Source: Carcharhinus amblyrhynchos
Taxonomy: Eukaryota
Length of the DNA stretch: 64,000 bases
Direction of reading: 5' to 3'
Assembly (NCBI GenBank): GCA_965287045.1
Contig: OZ336882.1
Span: 60,140,001-60,204,000, forward strand
Position 1 is the first letter of the stretch. Every line of letters starts with the position of its first letter. Position numbers and translations under genes: made by a program. The notes beneath the pieces are model-generated. The model was not told the DNA's origin and did not search any database. It saw only the letters and a list, made by a program, of their open reading frames with translations. Shown in pieces: positions 34,990 to 49,132 of this stretch.

Positions 34990-35240
34990 TGAACACCACT
35001 ATCTGCAAGTTCTCCTCCAAGCCAGTCACCATCCTGATTTGGAAATATATCGCTGTTCCTTTGCAGTTGCTGGCTCAAAATCCTAGAATTCCCTCCCTAG
35101 CAACATTATAGGTCAACCCACAGCACGTGGACTGCAGTGTTTCAATGAAGGCAGCTCACCACCGCCTTCTCAATGGCACCTAGAGATGGGCAATAAATGC
35201 TGAAAACTAGAGATGCCCATTTCCCACGAATGAATAATAA
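34990..35240 (+). mobile_element. 3' end of the second LINE family
   Basis: Matches 10195-10450 in reverse (tggaaatatatcgctgttcc...gatgggcaataaatgct). Confidence 0.8.
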
Positions 35241-35602
35241 AGTAAAACCTTCCCTTCCTCATTTCAGTGCTGAAGGGGCAGGGAATTATGCATGTTATTT
35301 TGTCTCCAAAATTTACATACATATTTTTATTCTTGAGTATAAAGGAATGTGCAGCAACATAGGAAGCCTCTGATCAAAGATAACTTGCAGGATTGAAGTC
35401 TAGCTGCATTTGATTTAGCAAATGTATAATTGAGTCCCTACATACTTGTCCTGACATAATGCATTTGTGGCTTACATTAATCAACTTATTTCACCTAATC
35501 AAGTTTTCAGTGTATGCAGCTGAAACACTTAAGATTTTCTAATTAAAAAGAAAGGGATATTTTCTTTCAAAAATTACTGGCAGCCTAATTCATAGTGGCC
35601 AC

Positions 35603-37160
35603 TGTTATGATACCGCAGGTAGTAAGTGCTGGGCTGCCCAAATCCTAAAGGGAAACTTGAACAAACTATCACAATAATGGTAGGAAGGACTATTACTTAC
35701 GTGGTGAAAAACTGCAGCAGGCGACGGTGCAGAGGGACCTCGGGGTCCTTGTGCATGAGTCGCAAAAACCCAGCTTGCAGGTGCAGCATGTGGTCAGGAA
35801 GGCGAATGGGATGCTGGCCTTCATAGCGAGGGGGATTGAATATAAAAGTAGGGAGGTCTTGCTGCAGCTGTATAGGGCATTGGTGAGGCCGCAGCTGGAG
35901 TACTGTGTGCAGTTTTGGGCGCCGCACCTGCGCAAAGATATTTTGGCCTTGGAGGGAGTGCAGAGGAGGTTTACTAGGCTGATACCGGAGTTGAGGGGGT
36001 TGAGCTATGAGGAGAGGCTGAATAAACTAGGCTTGTACTCGTTAGAGTTTAGAAGAATGAGGGGAGATCTCATTGAGACGTATAAGATGATGAATGGGAT
36101 GGATAGGATAGAGGTGGAGAGACTCTTCCCGCTCAAAAAAGACAGTAGGACTAGGGGGCACAGCCTCAAGATAAAGGGGGGGTGGTTTAGAACGGAGTTG
36201 AGGAGGAACTTCTTCACTCAAAGGGTGGTGAATCTCTGGAATTCTCTGCCCGTTGAAGTGGTGGAGGCTGCCTCGCTAAATATTTTTAAGACGCGGGTTG
36301 ATGGGTTTTTGATAAGAGAGGGGATTAAGGGTTATGGGGAGAGGGCGGGAAAGTGGAACTGAGCCACGACAGATCAACCATGATCTTATTGAATGGCGGG
36401 GCAGGCTTGAAGGGCTAGATGGCCTACTCCTGCTCCTATTTCTTATGTTCTTATGTTCAATAATTTGCAATTTGTATTTTCTGAGAGAGTACCTGAAATC
36501 AGGAGAAAGAACTTCAAACCATTGTGAAGATTTAAAATGTAAATTAAATGTAAATTTAACTAAAGTTAAACATTTATTTACATTTTACATTTACATGTAA
36601 TCCTGTACAGTATTTCTACAAACACTTTTGATAGGTTTCTGCTTAATTAACCCAGAGCTAAACATATCTTTGAATTAACAGTCCTCATAGATTTGAATCT
36701 ATAAAAATTCCAGTTATATTATCACAAATACACTTTTGCTACAGGGGACATCTAATATAGCATTTCTCTCCCTCCCATCCGATATTAAGAGCCAAAGCTT
36801 GGGTCAAAACCTTGCACACGCAAACATTTTTCTCAGAGGATGGTGGCAGCTGCTCTCCCATCGGTCTGGTTCCAGCATACACACCCAACTTCAGGGTCTG
36901 ATAACCACATCTTCAACCTCTCTCTAAAAGCATTTTTTCTCTTTCACATTTGATGCTATTGTTCTACATTCCCTTAGAAGTTCCCTTACTCAGAATTTAT
37001 GGACCTTTCATGTTATATGATGAGCTATTACCTTTTGGTAAAAGTAAGCTTACCACTCCGTTCCATCCATTTATGAATTCTCAGATTTATGACCAGGTCC
37101 AAGGGAGTGGAACTGTTGAAAGCAGCCTGTGAGCGAATAATACAGAACCCATCAGAACAC
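35603..37160 (-). mobile_element. LTR-like element interrupted by a CR1 fragment
   Basis: Starts tgttatga..; aatcctaaagggaaactt resembles gatcccagagggaaacct at 50210; right boundary uncertain. Confidence 0.35.
35679..36457 (+). mobile_element. 5'-truncated young CR1, same subfamily as 24.2-28.9 kb
   Basis: Open 211-aa ORF2 C-terminus nearly identical to the 24.3-25.0 kb copy; (TTCTTATG)n tail; 7-bp TSD caataat (35672-35678 / 36458-36464). Confidence 0.95.
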
Positions 37161-37309
37161 AACTGTGAAGTATCTGATATGCTTCCTTAACATGATGTCC
37201 CAAGAGAGTATTTTCAACAAAACAAACCCATCAAATCTGACATATGGAGTGAATCTGATCTGGCCTACAAAAAGACCTGCAACATTGCACACCATCCCAC
37301 TAATAAACA

Positions 37310-37700
37310 TTTGATTTAATTTGACTTATTATTGTCACATGTATTAGTATACAGTCAAAAGTATTGTTACTTGCATGCTATACAGTGAAAACATACCATT
37401 CATAGAGAAGAAAAGGAGAATGCAGAATGTAATATTTTTGTTATAGCTAGGCCAGAGAGAAAGATCAACTTAGTGTGAGGTCGGTTCATTCAAAAGTCTG
37501 ATGGCAGCAGGGAAGAAACTGTTCTTGAGTCAGTTGGTACGTGACCTCAGACTTTTGTATCTTTTTCTCGATGGAAGAAAGTGGAAGAAAGTACGTTCGG
37601 AATGCATGGGGTCCTTAATTATGTTGGCTGCTTTTCCGAGGTAACGGGAAATATAGATAGAATCATTGGATGAGAGGCTGGTTTGCATGTTCTGAACCCT
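37310..37700 (-). mobile_element. Rex1/Babar-like LINE 3' end
   Basis: Minus strand actcaagaacagtttcttcc (LKNSFF); tail tacatgtgacaataataa. Confidence 0.6.
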
Positions 37701-39002
37701 GCAGTCTACGTCTTCACTTTAATTAAGTATTCACGCCCAGATTCACACTCAAGCCTGTTTCACAGTGTGCCACAATGATACTGGGAAAATATTGAAAAAT
37801 ATATTTCACCACACTACCTGAGCAAATCCCTAACTCTCAGCAGTTTCCCTATCCAACTCCCAAGGGCTTATCAACCAAAGCATTGATTTTGCTAGACTCC
37901 TAAACTGAACCCTGACACCCATATATCTCTCAACCAATTACCTGGCTCCTAATAGTCATTTGGCCAAAACCTTGATTCTCACTGTGTTTCTAAACAATGC
38001 CTGACTCCCACGGGCCTCGTGCCCAAAAGCCCAGAATCCCACTGGTCTCCATAATCTGAGCGAACTCTGACTCCTAATGATATTCAGACTTGAAGACTTG
38101 AGCATCTGGTGTCCAGGTTTGAAATTCAATAGCAGAGCATGCAACAACGTGGATTGTAAATTCGAGCAGATACTTGACATCTTGATAGAGCTATTTGCCT
38201 AGCTGGCCTGCTGGGATCAATAACCCAGCAATGGGCAAAGCAAATAAAAATACCTTCTTACACTTTCCCTCTCCTACGCAAGACCTTGATTAGCAAGAAT
38301 GTTGTTTTCAGTTAATGAAGAGAGTGAACAATTGTGATTTTACTTTCCAGGAATTAGAACGAAAGAATGGGAAGGTCAGCTGCAAAGGATTTCAATGCTG
38401 CCTGCACTTCCTGTTTAAAGTTTGTACATGTTTCATTTGATTCGGAAATACAGAGCAAAACAATTGAAAGAATGAGTAACAGCCCTTTAGCAGCACACAC
38501 CTTCCGTTATTCCTTATTAACTTTTAACAATCTTACTTAATATATGGTGACAGAAGCCAAGTAAAATGTATTCCAGACGATCACATCATTGCAATGAATT
38601 TCAGGTATTCATTATCATTCATTACAAATTACACTGTAATGGTAAACTTGAGTCAGTGTGTAAATGGAATTGATGGGAAGTGTTAATTGGGATCAGTGTC
38701 CAACTGCAAGGCAAGGACAGCACAGGAGGCTCCGAAAGCTGGTAAGTTCACTCTGACTAAAATGCTGCAGTGACACAGTTATGTAATCAAATTAAACATA
38801 AATGCTAAAATTTATGAGTTTGTGTGGACTTAATCATTTCCTTGTGGCATGGGCTCATAACATAAAATTGCCTCTAATTTTTTAAATTGGCAGTAAATTG
38901 ACAATCTCATTCTGAGAGGCCAGAGGTAGCTGGAATGGGAAACAGAAAATGATAACACTGCTATAGGCAGGGAATGTTTTGTTTAGCTTGGGAATGATGT
39001 TA

Positions 39003-39298
39003 ACATAGAACATAGAATACTACAGCACAAACAGGCCCTTTGGCCCACAAGTTGTGCCGATCATATCCATACCTACCAGGCCATAGAACTATCTATAACT
39101 CCCAATCCCATGTACTCATCCAGGAGTCTTTTAAAAGACCCCAGCGAGTTCGCCTCTACCATCACCGATGGCAGCCGATTCTACTCACTCACCACCCTCT
39201 GAGTGAAAAACTTACCCCTGATATCCCCTCTGTACCTGCTCCCCAGCACCTTAAACCTGTGTCCTCTCGTAGCGACCATTTCAGCCCTGGGAAATAGC
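39003..39298 (-). mobile_element. CR1/HER1 3' end
   Basis: acatagaacatagaa tail; FFTQRVV in reverse. Confidence 0.85.
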
Positions 39299-39787
39299 CT
39301 CCAAGAAAGGCAGGGTCACAGGGGCTGAACATGCAGGGAAGCTATGAAGTTCAGCTGCTGGTGCTGAAACAAGAGACAACACAGCTTCAGTAGGCAGCAG
39401 GACCATAGGATTGCATTTTACCAGTGGCGGCCAATTAAGAAGCCACTGCTGGGGCCAAGCTTCCAACCGGACATGGTGGCCCATCACCAACCCCTCCTTT
39501 CCACTGCAGCCCCCACACCCTCTTCACACAAGAGTTGCCAGCTCAAACAGAAGCCAGCAATATCAATGGGGCCAATGCTAGCATTGGCCAGTCCTGAGGC
39601 TGCAGCATCAGGATGACAAAGTCCCACCGGTGAGGGGTCCTTCCAACCTGGGCAAAATGCTCATGGGAGCCAAAAATGGTCCTTTACTAGCTCCTCTCCT
39701 GACTCCTTCCTCTGCCGTATTGTGAACTTTCTCATCTCCCAAATATTTCCAATACAGAAATTAACTTGCTTTTATTAATTTTTAAAA

Positions 39788-40015
39788 TCTGATTTGATTT
39801 ATTATCATACGTATTAGTATACATGAAAGGTATTGTTTATTGTGCACTATGCAGAAAAAGGAGAGGCTGTATGTTACATCTATAGCTAGGGTGTAGAGAA
39901 AGATCAACCTAATATGAGGTAGGTCCATTCAAAAGGCAGCAGAGAAGAAGCTGTTCTTGAATTGATTGGCACATTACCTCAGACTTTTGTACCTTTTTCT
40001 TGATGGAAGACTTTG
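39788..40015 (-). mobile_element. Rex1/Babar-like LINE 3' end, second copy
   Basis: Homologous to 37310-37580. Confidence 0.6.
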
Positions 40016-40192
40016 GAGATGGCCAGCAAACCATATAATTCAAAGGCAATTAGGAATGCCACATCCCATGAAGGAACTATAAGAAACCTTAAATCTTAGT
40101 TCTTGTACAATCAGCTAATGGGAACAGAGCTATAACTAATGGATGCATTTGATGCCGACACCAGGTACTTCAAACGAAAAGTATTCTATTTC

Positions 40193-40202
40193 CTGTCAAT
40201 CA
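40193..40202 (-). promoter_or_regulatory. Perfect PBX-MEIS/PREP decamer
   Basis: ctgtcaatca on the plus strand. Confidence 0.4.
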
Positions 40203-42516
40203 CAAAATAAAGTTGTTAAAGTGACAGATATCCTTAACCGTGTCATGCGAGTCAATCTGGCACATAAGACAACCTCATTTTTCTGGCCCCATGAAAAATG
40301 TTTGTACATACACTCCCTGTGGGGGTGGGATTTTAGGGCCTCGCTTCAGCCCAAGGTCAACAGTAATAGAACTTTTCTGCTCCTCGCCTGCTTTGTTTCC
40401 ATGGTGGGCAGGGTGGTAAAATTCCAGCAGACATATCATTTGACTCCCCATTTTCAGCCAGGACATGCTTTGTTTGCATTAATAGTCAGCGTCTAATTTT
40501 CACTCTACAAGTACATGTTCTGATTACCGGCAGTTTATAACTGGTGATACCGGCTGACGCGCAGCAATTTAAGACACACTCGCTCTTTGCGTTAGATGCC
40601 GATGACATATCAAGATTACGACCTTACTCTTACCCATGCTGGCAGTTCATTTTTATACTCAGCATGAAAGATTTCTTAAGGCTTCAGAGGCCGACCTATC
40701 CATTGACATCTACAGCATCTGCTCCAATGTTCTTCCCTCAATGCCCACTCAGGCTGAACAGTATAATGTCCAATCCCAGTGCTCAGTTCTGCTTGGACCT
40801 GTTCTCATTACAAATCAGATGGCCAGCAGACTAAGACTTCACTTACCTGGAACAGTACCCGCTTTGTACCCTTCTTCATTCCTTTTGATAGAAAAACCCT
40901 AATCCACAACTGCAGGATCTCTAAGACTGCAGAGCTTTCTTTGCCACTCATTCACCTTTTCATGGAAATCAGTCAGCTCAACAACTTGCAGCTTCTCTTG
41001 CACGATTAGTGGGCATTTAGCACCCATAAGAAGGTTTTGTGGGCGCAGTGGATAGTATCTCTGAGTCAGTACCTCTGGGTTTCAGTCCCTTTTCAGGACT
41101 TGATGCCCAATGAAAATGAGTTTATAAGGCAGCAAAAGGAAGTGGATTATCAATATGCAAATCCTTTCAACATATACCAATGACTGGCAGAAAGAGTGGG
41201 AGAGATTCCTGGTCAGCTATGCAGTGGAAGGTAAATGGAGTCCCTACCATCACTATCCATAGTTCCCGACTATGGATGGAATTTTGCCCACAGGAATCAT
41301 ACAGCCGGGACACGACTGTGCAAAGGTCTGTTGAGGTGTTGGAAAAATACATTGTTAAGATGGCGGTGCGGGCTCGTTGGGCCGAAGGGCCTGTTTCCCG
41401 TGCTGTGTTGTTCTTTGTTCTTTGACCTTGGGCGGGATTTTCTGGTCTTGGGATCAGCATGGCCGGGAAGTCCCATCCTATAATTTGGATATGGAAGTGC
41501 CTATTATCAACAAAATCTCGGACTTGCTGAATGATTTGTCACAAGCATCATCCCTACGTTTGTCACAATTTACCGCCATTTTGAAATTTTTCCACAGCCT
41601 TGTTTAACATTAGTTAAGAGATATTTTCCAGGAAGGTCCTAGCCCATACCCTCAGCTTTTCTAATGTCAGTTTTCCATTCATTTCCCACTCCTTTCCACC
41701 ACTGGGGGCTGATCGTTCAAGCAAAACACATCTGTATCTTAAAATTGTTTCCCTAAACCACTTCTACCTCTCCTTTGTCTCACAAGCCTTGGCAAAAGCT
41801 TTCTCCAATTCCCTTTTAATTGTGCTCATTTCTTGCTCCTTGTTATTGTCAATGAGAAATTCTCTTGCAGGATGAGCGTAACGTAAACAGCAGAATTTTA
41901 CAGGCATTTCCGTCTGCAGTTCGTACGATTCCGCCCGAGGCCAACGGAGAATGCCATTCTCCAAGCCTTGCCTGTCCCTGGAATCAGAGCGGGCATGTCA
42001 GTAAATTTCCGGCCAAAGTTTTACATCAAGTCATTGCAATTCTGTTGACTGAGTGCTAATTTAGTGATCATGATGCGAGTCATTTCCTCTTGTAGTTTTG
42101 AATCACCAGTGATTAGATTTAGATTACTCACTTTGTTCATCAATCAGAGGGTGAAACTTTCTTCACATTAGCCTGGACTGGATTTAATCCTTGGTGCCTG
42201 AGTTTAAGGTTCAAAGGTCCCCGATAGTAAGCAACATCATCCTTGAAAAGATGGGTTTACAAACCACAGAATTGTGCTGTTCAATACTCAGTCCTCCTTA
42301 CAGCACAACATATATTGTAGAAGGAAATGCAGTACACAACTTGTGCTGTAATAGCTATCGGACAATACATACCATGACATACACCCTGGCTCTGGCACAT
42401 TGCCTTTATTATGGCTTTCTTTACATTCACCTCTACCACCCATTAAAAGTAGTTTTTCAAATAAGTTGCATGTGACAAAAAGGTTGAAAGGAGTTTTGGT
42501 AGAAATGTTTATTCTC

Positions 42517-42760
42517 ATGGCACGGCGGCACAGCAGTTAGCACTGTTGCCCCACAGTGCCAGGGACTGGATTTGATTCCAGCCTCGGGTGACACGGAGTT
42601 CTTCCTGTGCGTGGGTTAGATGGACTGGCCATGCCAAATTGTCCCATAGTGTCAGGAGGATTAGCAGGGTATGTGGGGTTACAGAGATAGGGCCTGGGCG
42701 GGATTGTTGACGGTGCAGACTCAATGGGCCAAAAGGCCTCCTTCTGTAAGAATTCTATGA
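42517..42760 (+). mobile_element. HE1-like SINE, internally deleted
   Basis: Head and tail present, central block missing. Confidence 0.8.
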
Positions 42761-42809
42761 GGCTTTGAGCAAGGAGTGTATGGGACAAGGGCAAAGGAAG
42801 GTCTATGAT

Positions 42810-45800
42810 AGGGTGGAGGACAGAAAGACTTATTGACTGAACAGCAGAAGTGGCGGGAGGCACAGTTGTATACAGTTGGGAGGGAGTTGCCTGGGGACTC
42901 CTCAATATCTACTCTGGACTCCATGAAGCCACATGATATCAAATCAAAGATGGGAGTGGAAACCACCTGCTGATTGCTACTGGCTGCACCATACCCACCT
43001 CAGCTGATGAATCAGTACTCCTCCATTTTGAACTTAAAGCAAGCACTGAGAGTGGCAAGGGCACACAATGTACTCAGGGTGTGAGACATCAATGTCCATT
43101 ACTGAGAGTAGCTCAGTAGCACCAGACCAAGCTGACCCACTCCTAAAGTTCATAATTGCTAGACCAGTTTGCACCAGACGCTGAGGGAACCAACAGAGGG
43201 AAAAAATATACTTGACCTCATTCTCACCCACCTGCCGGCTGCAGATGTATCTGTCCATGACAGACTCAGTAGGATTGTCCACCACATAGTGCTTGTGCAG
43301 ACAAAGGGGGTTATTTTCCCACCTCACCACATCTGCTGCAGATTGCACTGATCCAGGAAAATAGTATGCGGGCCTAAAAACCCGATTTGCACCTGACGCA
43401 AGTTTGCAATCTTCCGGGTCCTTTCTATGATGCAAACTAGATCTCACCCTTTCTGGACCTGAGGCCAATTAGCATGAGATTGACTGGGTTTCAATCTCTT
43501 GGCTTGTTTGGCATGTGATCATCCTCTCTTCCGAATGTTCCCACCTGACTAAAGGGAAGTCATGCTGGTGAGAATCACTACTGGTCTCCACGAGCATAGA
43601 GCTGGTGTGATGGTCACACCTGGGGGCTTGGAGGCTCCTGAAGTCCCTAAGTGTTCAAAGGCATGGCCAAGCAGTGCCCATCAGGCATTGCCTACCTGGC
43701 AGTGTCCGTCATCCCATCTTCACATTGAGTATACCCTCTGTCGTGTTGTGTAGCACTACCACTGTGCTAAATGGGATAAACTTCAAACAAACGTAGCAAC
43801 TCAAGACTGGGCAATTGTGAGGCACTGTGGGCCGTCAGCAGCAGCAAAATTGTATTCAACCACAATCTGTTTGGCATATCCCCCATTGCACCATCACTGC
43901 CAAGCCAGGGGATTAGCCCTGACTCATTGAACAGTGCAGGAGGAAATGCCAGGAACAGCAGCAGGCACACCTAAAAATAATGAAGCTACAACATAAGACT
44001 ACTTGTGCACTAAATAGCATAAGCAGCAAGTGATAGACAGAGCTAAGCGATTCCACAATCAATGGATCAGATCTAAGCTCTGCAGTCCTGCTCATCCAGC
44101 CATGAATGGTCCTGGACAATTAAACAACTCACTGGAGGAGGAAGGTTCACAAATATTCCCATCCTCAATGCTGGAGGAGCCCAGCACATCAGTGGGCAAC
44201 CCTACTGACTCTGTCATCGGTGCTGGTCTCCAGCCAATTTGATTCACTCCACATGACATCAAGAAACAGCTGAAGACGTTGTAACAGCAAGGCTATGAAC
44301 CCTGAAAATATTCTGCTAATAGTACTGTAGATTTATGTTCCAGGACTTGTTGCGCCTCGGCCAAGCTCTTTCAGTACAGTTACGACACTGTCACCTACCC
44401 AACAATGTGCAAAATTGCCCAGGTATGATCTGTACACAGAAAGCAGGACAAATCTGAATTGGCCAATTACCACCCCATTGGGCCATTCTCGATCATCGGT
44501 AAAATTGTGGAAGGGGCCATCTACGGTGCAATCTGTAACCTGCTCACTGATGTTCAGTTTGGGTTCGGCTAGGGTCATTCAGCTCCTGATTTCATATAGC
44601 CTTGCTTTAAAAATGGACAAAAATGCTGAATTCCAGAGGTGAGGTGAGAGTGACTGCTCTTCACATCAAGGCTGCAGTTGGTATACCATCAAGGAGCCCT
44701 AGCAAAACAGGAGTCAGTGGGAATCAGGGGAAAACCCTCTGCTGGCTGGAGTCATACCTAGCACAAAGGAAAATGGTTTTGGTTGTTGGAAGCTCTGAGC
44801 TCCAGCACAATCTAGTGTCCTAGACCCAATCATCTTCAACAGCTTCATCAATGACCGTCGTACTCTCATAAAGGTCAGAAGTAAGGATATTCACCAATGA
44901 TTGCATAATGTTCAGCACCTTTCATGACTCCTCAGACACTGAAGTAGTCCATGTCCAAATGCAACAAGACCTGAGCAACATCCAAGATTGGACTGATAAT
45001 GGCAAATAACACTCATGCTACACAAGAGCCAGGCAATGACCATCGCCAACAAAAGAGAATCTAACCATTGCTCCTTGACGTTCAATGGCATTACCATTGG
45101 TCAATCTCCCACTATCAACTTCCTGGGGATTGCCATTAAATAAAAACTGAACTGGATTAGCCATATAAATACTGTCAAGAACAGGTCAGAGACCAGGAAT
45201 CCTGAGTAAAGTTACTCACATTCTGACTCCCAAAGCCTGCTTACCATCTACAAGGCATAAGTCAGTAGTATGATGGAATACTTTTCCCTTGCCTGGTTGA
45301 GTCCTTTTCAAACAACACTCAAGAAAATCAACACAATGCAGGGCAAAGCAGCCTGCTTAACTAGCACCCCATCCACAAACATTCACTCCCCACCACTGAC
45401 ACAGTGGCAGCAGTGTGTACCACCTACAAGAAGCACTGCAAGGCACTGCAAAGGGCAGCAGGGTGACACAGTGGTTAGCATACTGCCTCACAGTTCCAGG
45501 GAACCGGATTCGATTCCTGACTTGGGTCACTGGCTGTGAAGAGACTGTGCGGAGTCTGCATGGGTTTCCTCTGGGTGCTCTGGTTTCCTCACACAGTCCA
45601 AAGATGTGTGCGTTAGGTTGATTGGCCATGCTAAATTGCCCAAAGTGTCCCAGGATGTGTAGATTAGAGGGATTAGCAGGATAAATGTTTGGAGTTTGGG
45701 AATAGGGCCTGGGGTGGGATTGTTGTCAGTGCAGACTCGATAGGCCAAATGGCCTCCTTCTGCACTATAGAGTTTCTATGATTCCATGAGGAGCTCACCA

Positions 45801-46000
45801 AGGCTCCTTAAACAGCACCTTCCAAACCTGTGACCACTAACCACCATGGGAAGGACAAGTCAGAAGACACGTGGCAACATTACCACCTGCAAATTCCCCT
45901 CCAACCCACTCACTGACCTGACTTGGAAATATATTGCCATCCCTTCACTGTTGTTGGTCAAAATCCTGGAACTCCCTTCCTATAGCACTGTGGGTGTACC
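42810..46000 (+). mobile_element. Decayed copy of the second LINE family (EN to 3' UTR) with nested MITE (~43307-43720) and SINE
   Basis: REPTEGKNILDLILT (EN); VRVTALHIKAA (RT); colinear with 10.2-13.0 kb in reverse. Confidence 0.85.
45453..45789 (+). mobile_element. HE1-like V-SINE
   Basis: Full head-to-tail copy. Confidence 0.9.
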
Positions 46001-46254
46001 TATCCCCATCCTCATAACTCCACACATTTCCCATGGCTAATCCATCTAACCTACACATCCTGAGATACTAAGGGGCAATTTAGCATAGCTAATCCACCTA
46101 ACCCCCACATCTGCACTGTGGGAGGAAACCGGAGCACCTGAGGAAGCCCACACAGACACAGGAAGAATGTATAAACTCCACACAGTCACCCGAGACCGGA
46201 GTTTGAACCTGGGTCTCTGAAGTTATGAGGAAGCAGTGTGCCACCATGTTGCCC
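46000..46254 (-). mobile_element. HE1-like SINE, tail truncated
   Basis: Reverse complement of head and body. Confidence 0.85.
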
Positions 46255-46487
46255 TCATTGCTTCATCTGGAAAGTGTGTTTGGGACCTTGAAGGGGAGGA
46301 GAGGAGAGGGAAAAGAGCTGGTATTATTTTCATCGATGTGAAACGTTACCTTTGTTTCTCTGTCCACAGATGCTGTTGAACCTGCTGAGTATAATTTCCA
46401 GTATTTTCTGCTTTTATTTTACATTCTAGCACCTGAAGTGTTCTGCTTCCTGGATTATTTCAGCTTCAGTCTGATTGTTCATCGTAC

Positions 46488-46845
46488 GGGGCGGTGATGG
46501 CCTAGTGGCATTATTGCTGGACTATTAATCCTGGAAAGTTAACCGATGTTCTGGGAACCTGGATTCGAATCCCGCTATGGCAATGATGGAACCTGAATTC
46601 AATTAAAAAAATCTGGAATTAGGGATCTATTGATGACCATGAAACCACTGCTGATTGTTGGAAAAACCCATCTGGTTCACTAATGTCCTTCAGGGAAGGA
46701 AATCTGCCATCCTTCCCTGATCTGACCTATATTTGACTCCAAAGCTACAGCAATGTGGTTGACTCTCAACTATCCTCAGGCAACTAGGGATAGACACTAA
46801 ATACTGGCCAGCCAGTCACACCCATGTCCCACATATTAATAAAGA
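46488..46845 (+). mobile_element. tRNA-derived SINE, 15080 family
   Basis: A-box tggcctagtgg, B-box gattcgaatccc, shared LINE tail. Confidence 0.85.
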
Positions 46846-48207
46846 ACTATGCGAATGTTGTATTTGACTATGTAACTCACCAATTTCACTTTATTACCCA
46901 ACTACTGCAAATAAAATAGTGGATTTTTGAAATAGTTCTCAAGCAGGATATTGGCACAAACAAGTGCCACTGTGCTAATGTGCTTGAAATTTAAATTGAC
47001 CAAGTAAATCAACTCAACCAATTTGTAATTCCAGGAACTATCTTAGTAATGTACCCCCTCAGCTACATTGATCATTGTTTTCAATGTTATTATGACTCAC
47101 ACTGAGAAGCAAAGTGAAAGAAGTGGTATTACTGTCAACATTGGCATTAGAAGTCTGTTCATTATAGATATAAAAATAAGACCAAGCATCATCTCTACTT
47201 TGCATACCGTATTTATGTCAATATTCACAGCAGTAAGGCTGAACTCCCAGATTATTAACCAACACTATCAAAGCCTAACTTTGACCCCATTGTTTCCAAA
47301 GTTTGGAACTATCGTAAGAGTAAACACCATTTCCAGTCTCCAGTACTCTTGACTACCAGGCATATACCTCCAACTGGCATATCTTGCATGCTATTATATA
47401 CTGCTATATGTGATAGGCTTATGGACATGAAGTCATGAAGAGGTATATTTGGAGGCTGTGGATCTGCACACAGAAGCAAAGGAAATAATTTAGTTAAAGT
47501 AGAATTGAAAGATTGTAAGGGATTTTAAATATAACATTTGAGGCATGCTCAGAGAGATCTGAAAATTATCGTTTGAGACCTACTTCAGTTCTTGCTGCAG
47601 CATGTAAATGAATAATGTACTGGGATACACCAGCAGAGGCTTTATTTCTGCCATTTCTCTCCTCACTGACCTCATAAGCTCCATCCCCGATTCAAGGAAC
47701 TCTGGCTGCCTCAATTCCATCACACATTAGTTTCTTCTTATTAATCACCCACATCCTTACACTCCTCCATTGTTTCCCTGTTTCCAAGTGCATGGATTTT
47801 AAACATTCTTGTCTTCATCTATCCTAAGACTTTGCTCCAATTTACCTTGGTAACAGGGCCATGATTCACAGTTTGACTCTTTATCTTTAAGTATCAGCTT
47901 TGGCTTTTGCTTCTGTTTCAGGCTGTGGAAGTGGTATGTGGAGAGAAGTATGGGTTTTTGGATAACTGAATTAAATCAAATACTCATTTCCCTCTCGAGC
48001 AGATGTAAAAGTTTCCCTGAAAATGTTAAATGCAGAACAAGTGAGTTCTTTTGGTGTTGTCTCCCAACAATACCAGCAAAAACAAAAATAATCTGACATT
48101 CATTTAACGTTTGCTCTTCTTGAGCATTAATTGGCCTCAATACTGTCTTTATTTTCTTTATTTCTCCTCATTTTCTTCTGATTCACCTTTTTTGCCTTTC
48201 CAAAAGC

Positions 48208-48455
48208 AAAAGCTTATTTATTAATCACAAGTAAGGTGACTAATTAACACTGCAGTGAAGTTACTGTGAAGTTCCCCTAGTCGCCACCCTCTGGCACCTG
48301 TTCGGATCAATGCACCTAACCAGCACGTCTTTCAGATTGTGGGAGGAAACTGGATACGGGGAGAACGTGCAAACTCCACATGGGCAGTGAACCAAGCCAG
48401 AAATCAAACCTGGGTCCCTGGTGCTGTGAGGCAGAAGTGATAACCACTGTGCCAT
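48208..48455 (-). mobile_element. V-SINE, alternative-tail variant
   Basis: Same family as 19373. Confidence 0.8.
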
Positions 48456-49132
48456 CAAAAGACAAATCTGCCAAAAGATAATCTTTTAAATGCCTCAGCC
48501 TTGGCCTCTGGGAATCCCTCACTAAAATTTCCAATTTACAACTTCTCTCCCTTATCAATACCACCTCAAAATTTATGTATCGACCATGCTCTCTGTCATC
48601 ACACCTAATTATTTTCTCATTGCTGCTCAGTGATTGTTACGTTGCTCTCCCCACTCCTCACTTATCATCCTTTGTGAGGTACATTGATAGGCTTACCTGT
48701 TAAAGGTGTCATAGAATTTAAGGCATTGTGGTTGTATGTAGCCTTAACCTGACTATCACTGAAGTGCTTTGTAAAGTTCTGCCTGCTAATGAGAGCAGAC
48801 CTATGATATACTTGCAACCAAACCACCTGGTGTGGCACCCCACACCACTGGTAGAACACCAGTAGTGGCAGGATGAGGTCCTAAATGGTCCTTCTCCCCC
48901 TGCCACTGAGGAAGTTCTCCTCCCACTGCTTTCTCACTAAATACCCCTCTGCCTTGTCTTCCAAAGGGACATTAAATTCTGTTTGTTTACCCTTATACTT
49001 CTCCACAATCAAAAATTGAAATAATAAATTTCAATTCCCAGCAACCTCACTGGATCACACAGCAGGTTTTTCAAGTTTTAAAGCATTTACTGTAAGAAAC
49101 AAATTAACAATGTATTGCCCAGTAGAGATGTT

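Noticed and set aside
38720-38745. ctccgaaagct resembling a hammerhead 3' half
   Set aside because: No CTGANGA upstream; likewise ctgatgag at ~23588 and ~8889 lack a stem II/GAAA partner
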